64,000 nucleotides of DNA from a virus (IMGVR_UViG_3300009502_000019), one strand, 5' to 3'. Shown: positions 37,770 to 47,311, numbered from the stretch's first letter. The notes: a model not told the origin generated them from the sequence alone. Numbers and translations: made by a program.

Positions 37770-38527
37770 TTCACTTTACCTTTCAGTGTGTATATCTCGT
37801 CGATAATGCCGTCGAAGACTTCCATTCCTTTGGTGAAAAAGCCATGTGACACCATGAGAATGACCTTCTTGGCACCCTTTTCACGAAGGACCTTGGCGAT
37901 CTCAATGAAAGTCTTGCCTCCGTCGCAAATATCGTCAACAATTACACAGGTGTCCCCTTCCAATGAGTCGGCATAGACAACCGTTCCGGTGATGGCTCCT
38001 GTCCGCGGCTCCCGTTTCTTCGAACACTCAACAACACCCAAGATCCGGTTGGTCATAGAAGGAAGGTCGCTGATCTTGTTGATCTTCTTCCTGGCACCGC
38101 CATCCGGGCAGATCAACTTAAACGGCTCTATCTCCCTAAGCATCGGTTCAAAGATCTCATGCTGATGTATTACAAGGCAGTTGTGGATAAGGGCTGTTGA
38201 AACGTCCGAGTGTGGGTCAGCGATCTCCACGACAACCCCCAGCGAGTTGATAATGCCGGCGAATACCTCCAAGGAGAAGCACTCCCCTGATACAGCGACC
38301 CTATCCTGCCTTCCAAAAGGAACATACGGCATAAATATTCGTTCAAGGGTTAGACCAGCATGCTTTAGGGCATTGGCAATGAGCATAAGCTCAACCAGCT
38401 CCTCGGTCCTCTCGAAGTAGAACTCAATCGCAACTTCGTCGTTCGGGGTGTAACTGTGCACCTTAACGTGCATTTCTCCAACCGGAAACTTGAATGTTTC
38501 GTGTGTAAACCCAAGACCCTTAATCAT
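37766..38527 (-). CDS. prs: Ribose-phosphate pyrophosphokinase (PRPP synthetase)-like
   Basis: 253 aa. PRTase-type PRPP-binding loop VIVDDICDGGKT and an N-terminal Prs fold. Confidence 0.75.
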   Translation of the reverse strand: MIKGLGFTHETFKFPVGEMHVKVHSYTPNDEVAIEFYFERTEELVELMLIANALKHAGLTLERIFMPYVPFGRQDRVAVSGECFSLEVFAGIINSLGVVVEIADPHSDVSTALIHNCLVIHQHEIFEPMLREIEPFKLICPDGGARKKINKISDLPSMTNRILGVVECSKKREPRTGAITGTVVYADSLEGDTCVIVDDICDGGKTFIEIAKVLREKGAKKVILMVSHGFFTKGMEVFDGIIDEIYTLKGKVK

Positions 38528-38994
38528 GTTCCCTCCCCCATTTGGTTATGTTTTTATTTCTCGTAGTTTTCAAGGTAGCGCATTGCTTCTTGGAGAGCTA
38601 ACACGGAGTCTCCTAAATACCCTATTCCAAGGTTGCATCTTCTGCACAGCAGTCCTCTGAAATGGCGATTGCCCGGTCTTCACGGATCTTGCTATTGTTG
38701 CGCTTCAAGGAAGCAATGAACGCTCCCGGTGCTGGTGTTTTCGCTTCTTCTGACATTGTGTTCCCCCTTGTTGTTGGTTGTTGTTAAAAAAGTTTGAAAA
38801 TACTAAGCCAGAGGTGGTGCGCACTGTCTCAGCAGGTGACCCCACCGAGCACCTCAGCCCGATAACCTCCATGGAGGTCGTCAGGTTTATCAATTGCCAC
38901 CGAGTTAGTTGTTGTTACTGTTAGTCCGGCCTATTGGCCGGTGTGGTCAAGTTGTCCCGGATCCCACCCAGCAACGCTCTATGGTGTGACAAGC

Positions 38995-39234
38995 CTAGAT
39001 TTTCAAAAAACGTTTGATATCTGACTCTTTTGGTTCCCCTAAAGCAAGCTCGTACACGTCCCCGTGACCACCAACACTGTGCTTTGTTCCACGCGGTACA
39101 AATATTACCCAGATCTCGTCACGATTCTTGTGAGTCTGGATTGATGTGGATTTGCCGTCCTGAAATGCAAGCCGCTTGACCCAGAATCCCTTTCCTTTCA
39201 GAAGAACCTTGTAGTAGCCCCACTTCTTTCTCAT
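38995..39234 (-). CDS. Hypothetical basic small protein
   Basis: 79 aa ORF. Confidence 0.4.
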   Translation of the reverse strand: MRKKWGYYKVLLKGKGFWVKRLAFQDGKSTSIQTHKNRDEIWVIFVPRGTKHSVGGHGDVYELALGEPKESDIKRFLKI

Positions 39235-39395
39235 GTATGACTCCTATATGCCAATTGCCAGTAAAAAAGAGGCTACCGTAGCGCAGCCCCATCCTCTGAC
39301 CGCGTGCGGGTTACTGTCTTGAGCCCAGATGTTCAGCATAAGACATGAAAATATTAGTACAAATCCGGTCCATTTTGCAATTTTAGTTGTAGTGT

Positions 39396-40082
39396 TCATT
39401 TGTACCGTCCTCCCACCATGTGTACAATGTTGTCAAAGACCTGGTCCATGATGGTTTCAGAGATCAGATCAATCTTGCCGTCATTTCTTCCGCAATGCTG
39501 TGCTTCAAAGATGTTGTGTATGAGTGACTCTTTACGCTTTCCTGTAAGGATCAGTATGTTAGGCACTCTGTAGTTGTTTAGAATATAGCTGTCACTAAAA
39601 GGAATGTGCTTAAAGAGCTCAAACGACTCCGGTATTGGAAACGTACTAACGGCTCCGTACTGTTCATAGAAGATCTTTTCACCGAGGCCAACAACGTCAA
39701 CGTTGATGGCTTCCTTAGGTCGGCATGAGTGTTCGAGGTAGTACCGGCATCCCTGACCGCCGCGCTCCTCTCCGTCTGTAAACACAAGTTCAACGTTGTC
39801 AGGCACAGAGTCTTGGAGCTTTAAGAGTGTAGCGACACCGGTCGAGTTGTCGTTGTACCCAAGCGAGTTAGGAAAGACATCGTGGTGGGCAAAGATGGAG
39901 AGTTTATTCTTTTGTACTTTCGCGGGAATGACGATGTTAATTAGGTCATTAGACGTAGGGAACACGTCGGTAGATTTTGCTACCTGGATCTCATAATTTT
40001 TTGTGATAAGCCCAAGGATCTTGTTGATTCGTTTCTCCTTGTTCCTATCGGTGATGCTGAGAATCAATTCCTTGTTTGTCAT
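39396..40082 (-). CDS. M28-family zinc peptidase-like protein
   Basis: 228 aa. HHDVFPNSLGYNDNSTGVATLLKL...TDGEERGGQG matches the M28 metal-ligand pattern (H-x-D ... D ... EE). Confidence 0.5.
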   Translation of the reverse strand: MTNKELILSITDRNKEKRINKILGLITKNYEIQVAKSTDVFPTSNDLINIVIPAKVQKNKLSIFAHHDVFPNSLGYNDNSTGVATLLKLQDSVPDNVELVFTDGEERGGQGCRYYLEHSCRPKEAINVDVVGLGEKIFYEQYGAVSTFPIPESFELFKHIPFSDSYILNNYRVPNILILTGKRKESLIHNIFEAQHCGRNDGKIDLISETIMDQVFDNIVHMVGGRYK

Positions 40083-40237
40083 GTTACTCCCCTAAAATAA
40101 AGATGGCCGCTTTCGGTGGCTTGGAAGAGACAGCGACGCCTCTACACCTACTAACGGCCAAGACTAATATTCTAGGCATAAAAAGCTGTCCTCCCAAGCA
40201 AAGCAAATCTAGCAGAAACTGATTTCAAAGTCAACAA

Positions 40238-40606
40238 CTATCTTTTAGGATATTCTGGGTACAATTCTTTTACAACAAATGATCTCGCATTCTTTCCATT
40301 GTGTGTGAACAACAATGTGCTGCTGTTGCTAAAGCGAGTAATCCAGTCTAGGCATGCTCCGCATGGAGTAAAGTTAACTCCTTCTGCGTAAACAGCGATC
40401 TCAGCAATTCTGTCTAAAAACGGGCCAGTCATCCTTGATATTGCTCCGACTTCCGCGTGTATTGACGTCATCCATGGGCCTTCGATGTTCCATCCGGTGT
40501 ACACTTTTTTAAAAACAGTGCGAATGGCACACCCAACGTGTATTCCGCTGTGCGGCGCAATCGCGTTTTTGCTGGCTGCACGTGCTTGTTTCATGAGGCT
40601 GTGCAT
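40238..40606 (-). CDS. Cytidine/deoxycytidylate deaminase-family zinc enzyme
   Basis: 122 aa with HAE...PCGAC zinc-ligand motifs. Confidence 0.65.
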   Translation of the reverse strand: MHSLMKQARAASKNAIAPHSGIHVGCAIRTVFKKVYTGWNIEGPWMTSIHAEVGAISRMTGPFLDRIAEIAVYAEGVNFTPCGACLDWITRFSNSSTLLFTHNGKNARSFVVKELYPEYPKR

Positions 40607-40607
40607 G

Positions 40608-40805
40608 CTATCTGCTAACTCCGGCGATTGCCCCTAAGCACTGTGTAATACGAACGTCAAAGTAGACGGCCCATACACCACTCAACAGCCACATAAGTGT
40701 GCCGTGCCATGTTTCTGTTTTAAGTCTACCCCAAACCCAGAACCAAAGTAGGACTGTCACGCTATTTCTCCATTTGTATTTAGAACGCATCCGCACCACG
40801 GGCAA
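40608..40805 (-). CDS. Small membrane protein
   Basis: 65 aa, Trp-rich hydrophobic. Confidence 0.3.
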   Translation of the reverse strand: MPVVRMRSKYKWRNSVTVLLWFWVWGRLKTETWHGTLMWLLSGVWAVYFDVRITQCLGAIAGVSR

Positions 40806-40908
40806 TACACAAACTGTTCGCCCGCATACCTGACTCCATGTGTTGCCAACATGACGAACGCGTCGTCTATGTGTTTGATGTTAGTATTCCATCTATCACA
40901 CGAGCACC

Positions 40909-41226
40909 TCATTTAGGATCCTCCCGCTCTTCTTTTACCCACCGCTTGTTTCCACTACCGTCATCAGCCACCTTCCAGAAGTCTTTTTCAATGTAGAGGT
41001 TGACGCCGGTACACCGATGATGACTGCCATCAAGTTCGTATTTTATTAGCCCGGCTTCGCCACCCTCCGGGTCGTAAATTTCCTGTATTGACGAGTCGTT
41101 CATGCACTTTAGCACCCAGTCCCTTAGCTCGTCAGCAGTTTCAAAGAATTGTATGCTACCTGTGAACCCACCATCATGAACGCGACAGTTAGGAAAGTAT
41201 TCAGTTGAGCAGATGTACTTTTTCAT
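40909..41226 (-). CDS. Hypothetical protein
   Basis: 105 aa ORF. Confidence 0.4.
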   Translation of the reverse strand: MKKYICSTEYFPNCRVHDGGFTGSIQFFETADELRDWVLKCMNDSSIQEIYDPEGGEAGLIKYELDGSHHRCTGVNLYIEKDFWKVADDGSGNKRWVKEEREDPK

Positions 41227-41705
41227 TACGATTCCTGTGCCTTATGCTGGACCTGCAGATCATCAAGCCACTTCGCAGTGTTCTTCAATATAGATACGAG
41301 CTGCGGCTCCATGTTGAACCGCGTGGTGTTGATCTCGATACTCTTCAATATATTGCCGTCGTTGTGGCGCATACTGCTCGACTTCCAGTCACAGAGCATT
41401 TCAAGCACGTCAATGAGGGTCATGTCACTTACACCACCTGGGAAGTGCTCTGGATGATGTCTGCCGTGTGCATAATGGTGCTGCAGCGCCGGATCCATCT
41501 CCTTGAGATACTGTTTATAGGTGTCTGACCCATAGGTACACTTACGCAGTTTCTTAGTGTACAGCTCAAATATCTCAAACTCCGGAGATTCAAGCTTAGT
41601 TTGATCATGCGTTTCCTGACGTTCTAGAAGCTCCCTAATACACGTGTTTAGGTAGTTTCGTACAGTTTCAATATGCCGCATTGTTTTAAACTTAGCTGAA
41701 CTCAT
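41226..41705 (-). CDS. Putative HD-domain-like phosphohydrolase (weak)
   Basis: 159 aa with a His/Asp-rich HHYAHGRHHPEHF region. Confidence 0.35.
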   Translation of the reverse strand: MSSAKFKTMRHIETVRNYLNTCIRELLERQETHDQTKLESPEFEIFELYTKKLRKCTYGSDTYKQYLKEMDPALQHHYAHGRHHPEHFPGGVSDMTLIDVLEMLCDWKSSSMRHNDGNILKSIEINTTRFNMEPQLVSILKNTAKWLDDLQVQHKAQES

Positions 41706-41853
41706 GTTTGATCGTCCTCATGACTAGACTTGAACCTCTGGTTCCACTCCCAGCACGACTTTTTACGCTCATACTCGCGTACGTCGAAGTGGATTGTCAC
41801 ATACTGAGTGTATACGGATTTTGACGGCAGGCAGCTGTTGCTTGTATCAGCGT

Positions 41854-42084
41854 TCATTTTATGCTCTCGGCAGTCTTTCTACCAGCTAGAATAACTTCTT
41901 TAACACGACGCTTTGCCTCATAGAACATGTAATCTATGACGCGTCCTTGAATATCACTGTCGTACTCCTTAGGAACAAGCTCTCTGAGTTCATAGGCCGC
42001 TCCAAGAACAAGCTCATCAATGTGTATTATGAACTCTGTGGCCCGACCACGGTCGCTTATCTCACTTCTGAATGTTATCTTCAC
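41854..42084 (-). CDS. Hypothetical small protein
   Basis: 76 aa ORF. Confidence 0.35.
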   Translation of the reverse strand: MKITFRSEISDRGRATEFIIHIDELVLGAAYELRELVPKEYDSDIQGRVIDYMFYEAKRRVKEVILAGRKTAESIK

Positions 42085-42262
42085 TCTTAGCTCCTTCTAA
42101 ACGTGCAAGTACTTTGGCGCTGTAGACATGCAAAACTCCACGGTCATCTTCAACAACAAAGCGCTCTACTCCAGAGATCTTGTTAAAAGCAGCCACTACC
42201 GTGCCCTCAAATGTGTAGTCTCCGCCGACTTTCTTAACTTTGTCTCCTAGTTTATAATTCAT
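42062..42262 (-). CDS. Hypothetical small protein
   Basis: 66 aa ORF. Confidence 0.35.
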   Translation of the reverse strand: MNYKLGDKVKKVGGDYTFEGTVVAAFNKISGVERFVVEDDRGVLHVYSAKVLARLEGAKSEDNIQK

Positions 42263-42397
42263 TATGCCTTCTTTCCGCCGGAACCCTTGTGGTGGTTTCC
42301 GTCTTCGTGGTACCCCTTGGCACCCTTACGGTTGCGGTACCCGCATGAACACCACTTCTTGCTTGTTCTCTTCAACGGCTCTGCCATAATACCTCCA

Positions 42398-42700
42398 TTA
42401 TTTTGTACAAATAGCTCCACTTTTAAGTATGGTCATTCCCTCAATAGTGACGTCGCATCCGAAGTTAGTTGTACCACCCCCAAGAAACGCTGCGTTCTTA
42501 AGTTTTAGCTTGTTTCCAGTGACTATAGTTACGGGACTGAAGAAGAACTCGTGCCGTTCCTTGTTTTCAAGGAGAACCTTTACGTCCTCGATCCCGCTCC
42601 TGTATCCTTCGGAGTGACTCTTGTGTTTAACGTCTCTTAGTTCTACGTCCGTAAACACGTTGAGACCGAATATCTTCATGCCATCTCCTCCGGACACCAC
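42398..42700 (-). CDS. Hypothetical protein
   Basis: 100 aa ORF. Confidence 0.4.
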   Translation of the reverse strand: MVSGGDGMKIFGLNVFTDVELRDVKHKSHSEGYRSGIEDVKVLLENKERHEFFFSPVTIVTGNKLKLKNAAFLGGGTTNFGCDVTIEGMTILKSGAICTK

Positions 42701-42808
42701 GGGTTAGAGCATATATCATCGAGAGTCCAGTACTCGCCGCATTTGTTGCAGAACTTTACGATTCGCTTAGCTTTGTTAACGTAAGCCTCATGCCACAGTT
42801 TTGTGCGC

Positions 42809-43036
42809 TCAAGCTTCTTTCTTTTCACCACACTCGATCTCCTCTTCTGACTTTAAAATAGTGTCAAAGTGCTCTTTGCAGACAAACATGAAGTCGTTAT
42901 TGTAATCATTCCACCAAACCCTGTAGCACGCCGGATCACCACAGTCAGACCACCCCTCAGGTCCATTGAAAGGAACACCGTACTGGCACTTAGCTAGTGG
43001 CTCAAAATCACAAAAATGATCAGAGTCTTTCGTCAT
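42809..43036 (-). CDS. Cys-rich small protein
   Basis: 75 aa ORF. Confidence 0.35.
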   Translation of the reverse strand: MTKDSDHFCDFEPLAKCQYGVPFNGPEGWSDCGDPACYRVWWNDYNNDFMFVCKEHFDTILKSEEEIECGEKKEA

Positions 43037-43367
43037 TTGCGATCTTTTCCCTTGTCACGTAGCTCGCAGCGGCATCCGTACTCGCAGTGCTCCATGCCGC
43101 ACTCTGGGCATTCACAAAATGAATGTGCCTCTTCGCGGTGTCCGCAAGAGCAGTACTTTTTCTTACACTTACCTAGCTTCTTCATTTAAGACTGCCTCCG
43201 ATCGACTCCGTGTCGCTTCCTCTTGGAGATCTTAATGAAGGTTCCGTCAAAGAGCCTAGGGTTTACCCCGGATTTAGCTATGAACCTGTTTACTATCAGG
43301 CGGAGCTTCTTGTCCCTATCAAAGGCATTCTTTATCTTAAGAGCTTCTGATACACGCTCGCGGAAGG

Positions 43368-43691
43368 TCATCGTGACACCGACACGTCTGCATCCGGGTT
43401 ATCCCGGCAAGCAGCAAGGTACTTCTCAACGAAAGGAACAAAGTTTACGTACAACCCCCAGCCGTTACCTGAGTCAAACCTCTTAAAGTACTCAGGATCC
43501 TTCTTTAAACCCTCAAGGCCAGTCTCAAGTGGGGCTATAAGCTGTGATGCTTTAGTTATGCCGATCTCTTCAGGGCGCCACATACACTCGTAAATACCAG
43601 CCTCTCTAGCCATCTTACCGAGGTTATGTGTAATGTTAGCCGAGTAAACGTCTGTTGGCATGACTTTGGTTAGACGTACGTCGAGGCTCAT
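43368..43691 (-). CDS. Hypothetical protein
   Basis: 107 aa ORF. Confidence 0.4.
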   Translation of the reverse strand: MSLDVRLTKVMPTDVYSANITHNLGKMAREAGIYECMWRPEEIGITKASQLIAPLETGLEGLKKDPEYFKRFDSGNGWGLYVNFVPFVEKYLAACRDNPDADVSVSR

Positions 43692-43850
43692 TTTGTCTTG
43701 TCCTTTATTTTGTACTTGCTGGCTTCCTCTATCAAGTCAATGAGCGTATCCGCAACTGGCCGGCCCATCGCAATGATCTCTTCAAGCTTCTTGGCATACT
43801 CTTTATATGATATTGTCTTTTGCTTTTGTTTTCTCATCCGTTTAGGCATG

Positions 43851-44300
43851 TTATCCTTGATTCGAGGTATTTTTTAGAGGATCCGGTGGCTCGGGGTTGT
43901 GCAGTGTCGGAGGCTCTTTTGCTCGTAGCACTGCATCGTTCATTTCATTCAGTATTCCACCGTTGTACGGGTACGTTGTTGTTCCTACTTGTGTAACAAT
44001 TTTTAGCCTCTGTATGTCGTATCCAGACTGCCCGGTAAGATTTTTTGATAGTTCTGCCAGCATAGCGTCGGCCCAGATGGCTCTTGCTTTAGCTATACAC
44101 ACCGCGCAGTGCTCTCTTGTCCATGCACTAGTATCCACACCTATCCATTTAGCTTTGTCTTCCCACCCTTCCGGCATAATGAAGTGAATCTCTTCAACTG
44201 GGGCAGTGGAGGCCAAGTAGCAACGAAGAGTCTCACCAGTCATGTTCTGCCATGGAAATGGAGATAGGTTTATCATTAGCAGCCTCCTAGGAGCGTGCAC
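43851..44300 (-). CDS. Hypothetical protein
   Basis: 149 aa ORF. Confidence 0.45.
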   Translation of the reverse strand: MHAPRRLLMINLSPFPWQNMTGETLRCYLASTAPVEEIHFIMPEGWEDKAKWIGVDTSAWTREHCAVCIAKARAIWADAMLAELSKNLTGQSGYDIQRLKIVTQVGTTTYPYNGGILNEMNDAVLRAKEPPTLHNPEPPDPLKNTSNQG

Positions 44301-44393
44301 ATGGCCACAGCAAGGACTAAAGTAACAATGTCACCTTTAGTCGCAAACGCCTGGAGCACCAGCACAACACCGATAATGGCCGCCGAGATCTGC

Positions 44394-44633
44394 TTATAGC
44401 TCACGAGGGGTCCTGTCCAGAGAGCACTGGCAGCACATCTGTCTTTTTGTGTTAACCGACTTGATTATCTTTCCGTCAAATCCTCCAGAGCACACTCCGT
44501 AGTCCCCAACTTTTTTCTGGAGACACACACGCTCGGTCACTTCTACGGTGTCATGCCAGCAATGTTTTTTACAACTTGATCTGGTGTCTCTCATCGAATG
44601 ATACTGACCTCTGTGATGTGATACAGCTTGCAC
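44394..44633 (-). CDS. Cys/His-rich small protein
   Basis: 79 aa ORF. Confidence 0.3.
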   Translation of the reverse strand: MQAVSHHRGQYHSMRDTRSSCKKHCWHDTVEVTERVCLQKKVGDYGVCSGGFDGKIIKSVNTKRQMCCQCSLDRTPREL

Positions 44634-44767
44634 TGATTAGTGAAAAAGCGAGTCTTGATGGCTCCTTCTACATTGGTACTCCACACGATCATCATAATAG
44701 CCACCCCAATAACGAGTCCGCCTATAAAAAGCATCGCTGCTACAAATCCATCGTTCATTGTGTTCTC

Positions 44768-45082
44768 CTAATCATTGTTTGGTGGTAGATCAACATCTTC
44801 GAGTCCGCCACTTGTGTTGTTCCACTCATCTGGGAAGAAGTCAGGGATTTCGTCTTTGTTGATAAACCCTTTCCAGAAGTTTGGACCATGTGCTTCGGCA
44901 AATTCTACGATCCACTTTTCCCAAAGTTCAATGCACTCAATTCTTCGTGGATTAAATCTTGCATACTGCACCATTCCATCCGAGTTCGCGTGCATTATAA
45001 GGAAGCCGTTTGGAAACATCTTCTCGAGCGTTGTAAAATCTTTGAAACTGAATCCGGTGTCGTCTTTCATGTGTGCCCTCAT
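44768..45082 (-). CDS. Hypothetical protein (first gene of the minus-strand block)
   Basis: 104 aa. Promoter-repeat copy 4 abuts its start codon. Confidence 0.45.
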   Translation of the reverse strand: MRAHMKDDTGFSFKDFTTLEKMFPNGFLIMHANSDGMVQYARFNPRRIECIELWEKWIVEFAEAHGPNFWKGFINKDEIPDFFPDEWNNTSGGLEDVDLPPNND

Positions 45083-45083
45083 C

Positions 45084-45122
45084 CTATATTACGGCTGTTT
45101 CAAGAAAAAATTATGATATTTC
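45084..45122 (-). promoter_or_regulatory. Conserved promoter-like repeat, copy 4
   Basis: ctatattacggctgtttcaagaaaaaattatgatatttc, immediately upstream of the start at 45082. Confidence 0.55.
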
Positions 45123-45219
45123 TTATTTTTATTTGAATATATTTTTAACTATTTTTTGTAGTAATTGTAACTCGTTATGTATCAACAAGATACAGATACG
45201 AAATAATTAACGATATATG

Positions 45220-45248
45220 TTGACAGTAAGGGCTTACCATGCTAGTAT
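45220..45248 (+). promoter_or_regulatory. Near-consensus sigma70-type promoter TTGACA-N17-TAGTAT
   Basis: ttgacagtaagggcttaccatgctagtat, about 85 nt upstream of the plus-strand gene at 45333. Has the same TTGACAgTAAG core as the promoters at 50336 and 57730. Confidence 0.7.
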
Positions 45249-45332
45249 CCTCTCACGGTCAAGGTTGACCGGGCAAAGCAGTACAGCGGCACGGTAGGGG
45301 TAATCCCCACAGTAGCCAAAAGGAGAAACACA

Positions 45333-46508
45333 ATGGAGCTCTTCAAAGCGTCAAATCAGTGGGCAACACGTCCGTCAGATGAACGTTTCTGGGACCTCAA
45401 CGAAATGCAGCAAGCGTGTGAAGGGTACAAGCAGTCCGCGCAAGAAGTGCAAGTGAAGTATTCAGACCTACGGTTTGAAGCAGACGGCAGCGAGATCTTT
45501 GTTTCCGGAAAAGCTCGTATACCAGCCAAGCTTACGAACTGGGCGTTCGGCCAGGTCTGTCAGAAGGTTAACGCTCCTGCAAGCTATCTCCGCACACTCC
45601 CATCAACCCTCGCAGTCCAAAACCTTAACCATGGCTTTACCAAGCCAATTGATGAGGAAGAAAACTACGCCAAGCTTATGTTCCATAAAAATGGCAGCTT
45701 GGTTCTTCGTGCAGCAACTTCGCTCAAGTACAAGCGCGTTTGGAACGCGGACATTATCAGCAGCCTCCAGAGGTATGTTCCGATGGGGTGGCAGGTTCCG
45801 CCGGCACGTCCTGCCGGTGTTAAGAACGAACGTACCCGTATCGCAACAAGCGCAGACGTTCTCCGTCTGCAGAAGGGTGGCTTGTCCATCAATGAAGGTG
45901 ACACGATCGCACCGGCCGGACTCTACGCCTCCGATCACGACATGTTCGTGTTCATGGTTAACGAGACTAATCCGGTAAACGATGGTACCGGTCACGGCCT
46001 CGGGCGCGGGTTCTTCCTCTGGAACTCTGAGGTTGGTGCTGCCAGCGTAGGTGTCATGTCGTTCCTGTACGACGCGGTGTGCGGGAACCACATTGTTTGG
46101 GGTGCCAAAAACGTCGAAGAGGTCCGCATCCGCCACATCGGCAATGCCGACACCAAGGCGTTTTCGAGCATTCGCGCTGAGTTGATCAGCTACGCCAACT
46201 CTTCGGTATCTGATCTTGAGGCACAGATCCGCAAGGCACGTGCTTTTGAGTTCGCCGGACCTGGTGCCAGCAAGGAAGCGGTTGTTGAGGCTGTTATCGC
46301 GTTTGCCGTGAAGGCCAAGGCCCCACTCTCTCAGAAGATCATTGCCGATGCCTACGATGTGGCCGTCAAAGAAGAGCGCTACGGCTCTCCTCGGTCAGCG
46401 TGGGCGATCGCCAATGGCCTCACTGAGCTCTCTCAGGAGTGCACTTACACTGACGAAAGGATCAAGATCGACAGGGCTGCCGGCAAGGTCCTGGAAATGG
46501 TGTTTTAA
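45333..46508 (+). CDS. DUF932-family (phage/plasmid-like) protein
   Basis: 391 aa and GC-richer than its surroundings. Pattern resembles the DUF932/TIGR03299 family (…GFFLWNSEVGAASVGV…). Confidence 0.6.
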   Translation: MELFKASNQWATRPSDERFWDLNEMQQACEGYKQSAQEVQVKYSDLRFEADGSEIFVSGKARIPAKLTNWAFGQVCQKVNAPASYLRTLPSTLAVQNLNHGFTKPIDEEENYAKLMFHKNGSLVLRAATSLKYKRVWNADIISSLQRYVPMGWQVPPARPAGVKNERTRIATSADVLRLQKGGLSINEGDTIAPAGLYASDHDMFVFMVNETNPVNDGTGHGLGRGFFLWNSEVGAASVGVMSFLYDAVCGNHIVWGAKNVEEVRIRHIGNADTKAFSSIRAELISYANSSVSDLEAQIRKARAFEFAGPGASKEAVVEAVIAFAVKAKAPLSQKIIADAYDVAVKEERYGSPRSAWAIANGLTELSQECTYTDERIKIDRAAGKVLEMVF

Positions 46509-46517
46509 TAGTTAGGC

Positions 46518-46567
46518 CAAATCGTCTGCGGGGTATCGGGGGGTGCCCCGCAGACGATTTGGCCTAT
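46518..46567. terminator. Perfect 19-bp-stem hairpin (GGCCAAATCGTCTGCGGGG...CCCCGCAGACGATTTGGCC); likely terminator or RNA-processing site
   Basis: Perfect inverted repeat with an 11-12 nt loop, directly after the DUF932 stop. Confidence 0.7.
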
Positions 46568-46577
46568 CAAAATAGTT

Positions 46578-46620
46578 CAAAAAATATCATAATTTTTTCC
46601 GTAAACAGCCGTAATATAGA
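46578..46620 (+). promoter_or_regulatory. Conserved promoter-like repeat, copy 5 (plus orientation)
   Basis: aaaatatcataattttttccgtaaacagccgtaatataga, upstream of 46635 with a GAGGGGAAG RBS. Confidence 0.6.
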
Positions 46621-46634
46621 ATGCGAGGGGAAGT

Positions 46635-46856
46635 ATGAAGATCAATGTTGTTAAGCGCAGCAAGAATGTGAACCGTTTCGGAGCGAGAAAGTACACCAAA
46701 GTACCTTCTGAAACCGATCCGACAAAGTCTTACGATGTGGCTAAAATCCGGGTGCATGGGACGAAGAATTACAAGTATGTGTGCTCCTGCCCAAGCTTCT
46801 TGTTCAGACAAACCGCTTGTAAACATATAGCTTTGTTCAAGCAGAAGGAGTTCTAA
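46635..46856 (+). CDS. SWIM-type zinc-finger small protein
   Basis: 73 aa. CSCPSFLFRQTACKHI matches the SWIM CxC...CxH pattern. Confidence 0.5.
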   Translation: MKINVVKRSKNVNRFGARKYTKVPSETDPTKSYDVAKIRVHGTKNYKYVCSCPSFLFRQTACKHIALFKQKEF

Positions 46857-47041
46857 TGTCGTACATCAGCAAACCGAAAGTTAAGAAGTTTTTCAACGAG
46901 CGCGGCCGGCAGACTTCTCCGGATGGAATACACGCGATCGAAGTAAAGCTTGTGGAGTTTCTCGAGAAGATCGAGTCAAAGTGCGCTGGCCATAAGTGGC
47001 GTGTCAACGCGTCAATTGTCAACGTAACGAACATAAACTAG
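46856..47041 (+). CDS. Hypothetical small protein
   Basis: 61 aa ORF. Confidence 0.35.
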   Translation: MSYISKPKVKKFFNERGRQTSPDGIHAIEVKLVEFLEKIESKCAGHKWRVNASIVNVTNIN

Positions 47042-47053
47042 GAGACAGCGGCA

Positions 47054-47311
47054 ATGAACAACGTTCTTGAGCTTGGCATAGAGCGGTGTAGGCACGGGGT
47101 GAATGCAGAGTTTTGTTGTCAATGCAGGTACGGCAAGATCCGTGAGACAGCCGGAGAGAGGGGCGTTCCTGATACGGTTACACTGATCCTCAGGAATCAC
47201 ATGTTTATACGGCAGGTGATCCCGCGTAGGCCGGATCATCCAGATGTGTACGTTGAGAAGTGGTTGCATGGAAGCGAAACCGGCGGTTACTTCAACAAGA
47301 GAATGCGATAA
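47054..47311 (+). CDS. Hypothetical Cys-rich small protein
   Basis: 85 aa ORF. Confidence 0.4.
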   Translation: MNNVLELGIERCRHGVNAEFCCQCRYGKIRETAGERGVPDTVTLILRNHMFIRQVIPRRPDHPDVYVEKWLHGSETGGYFNKRMR

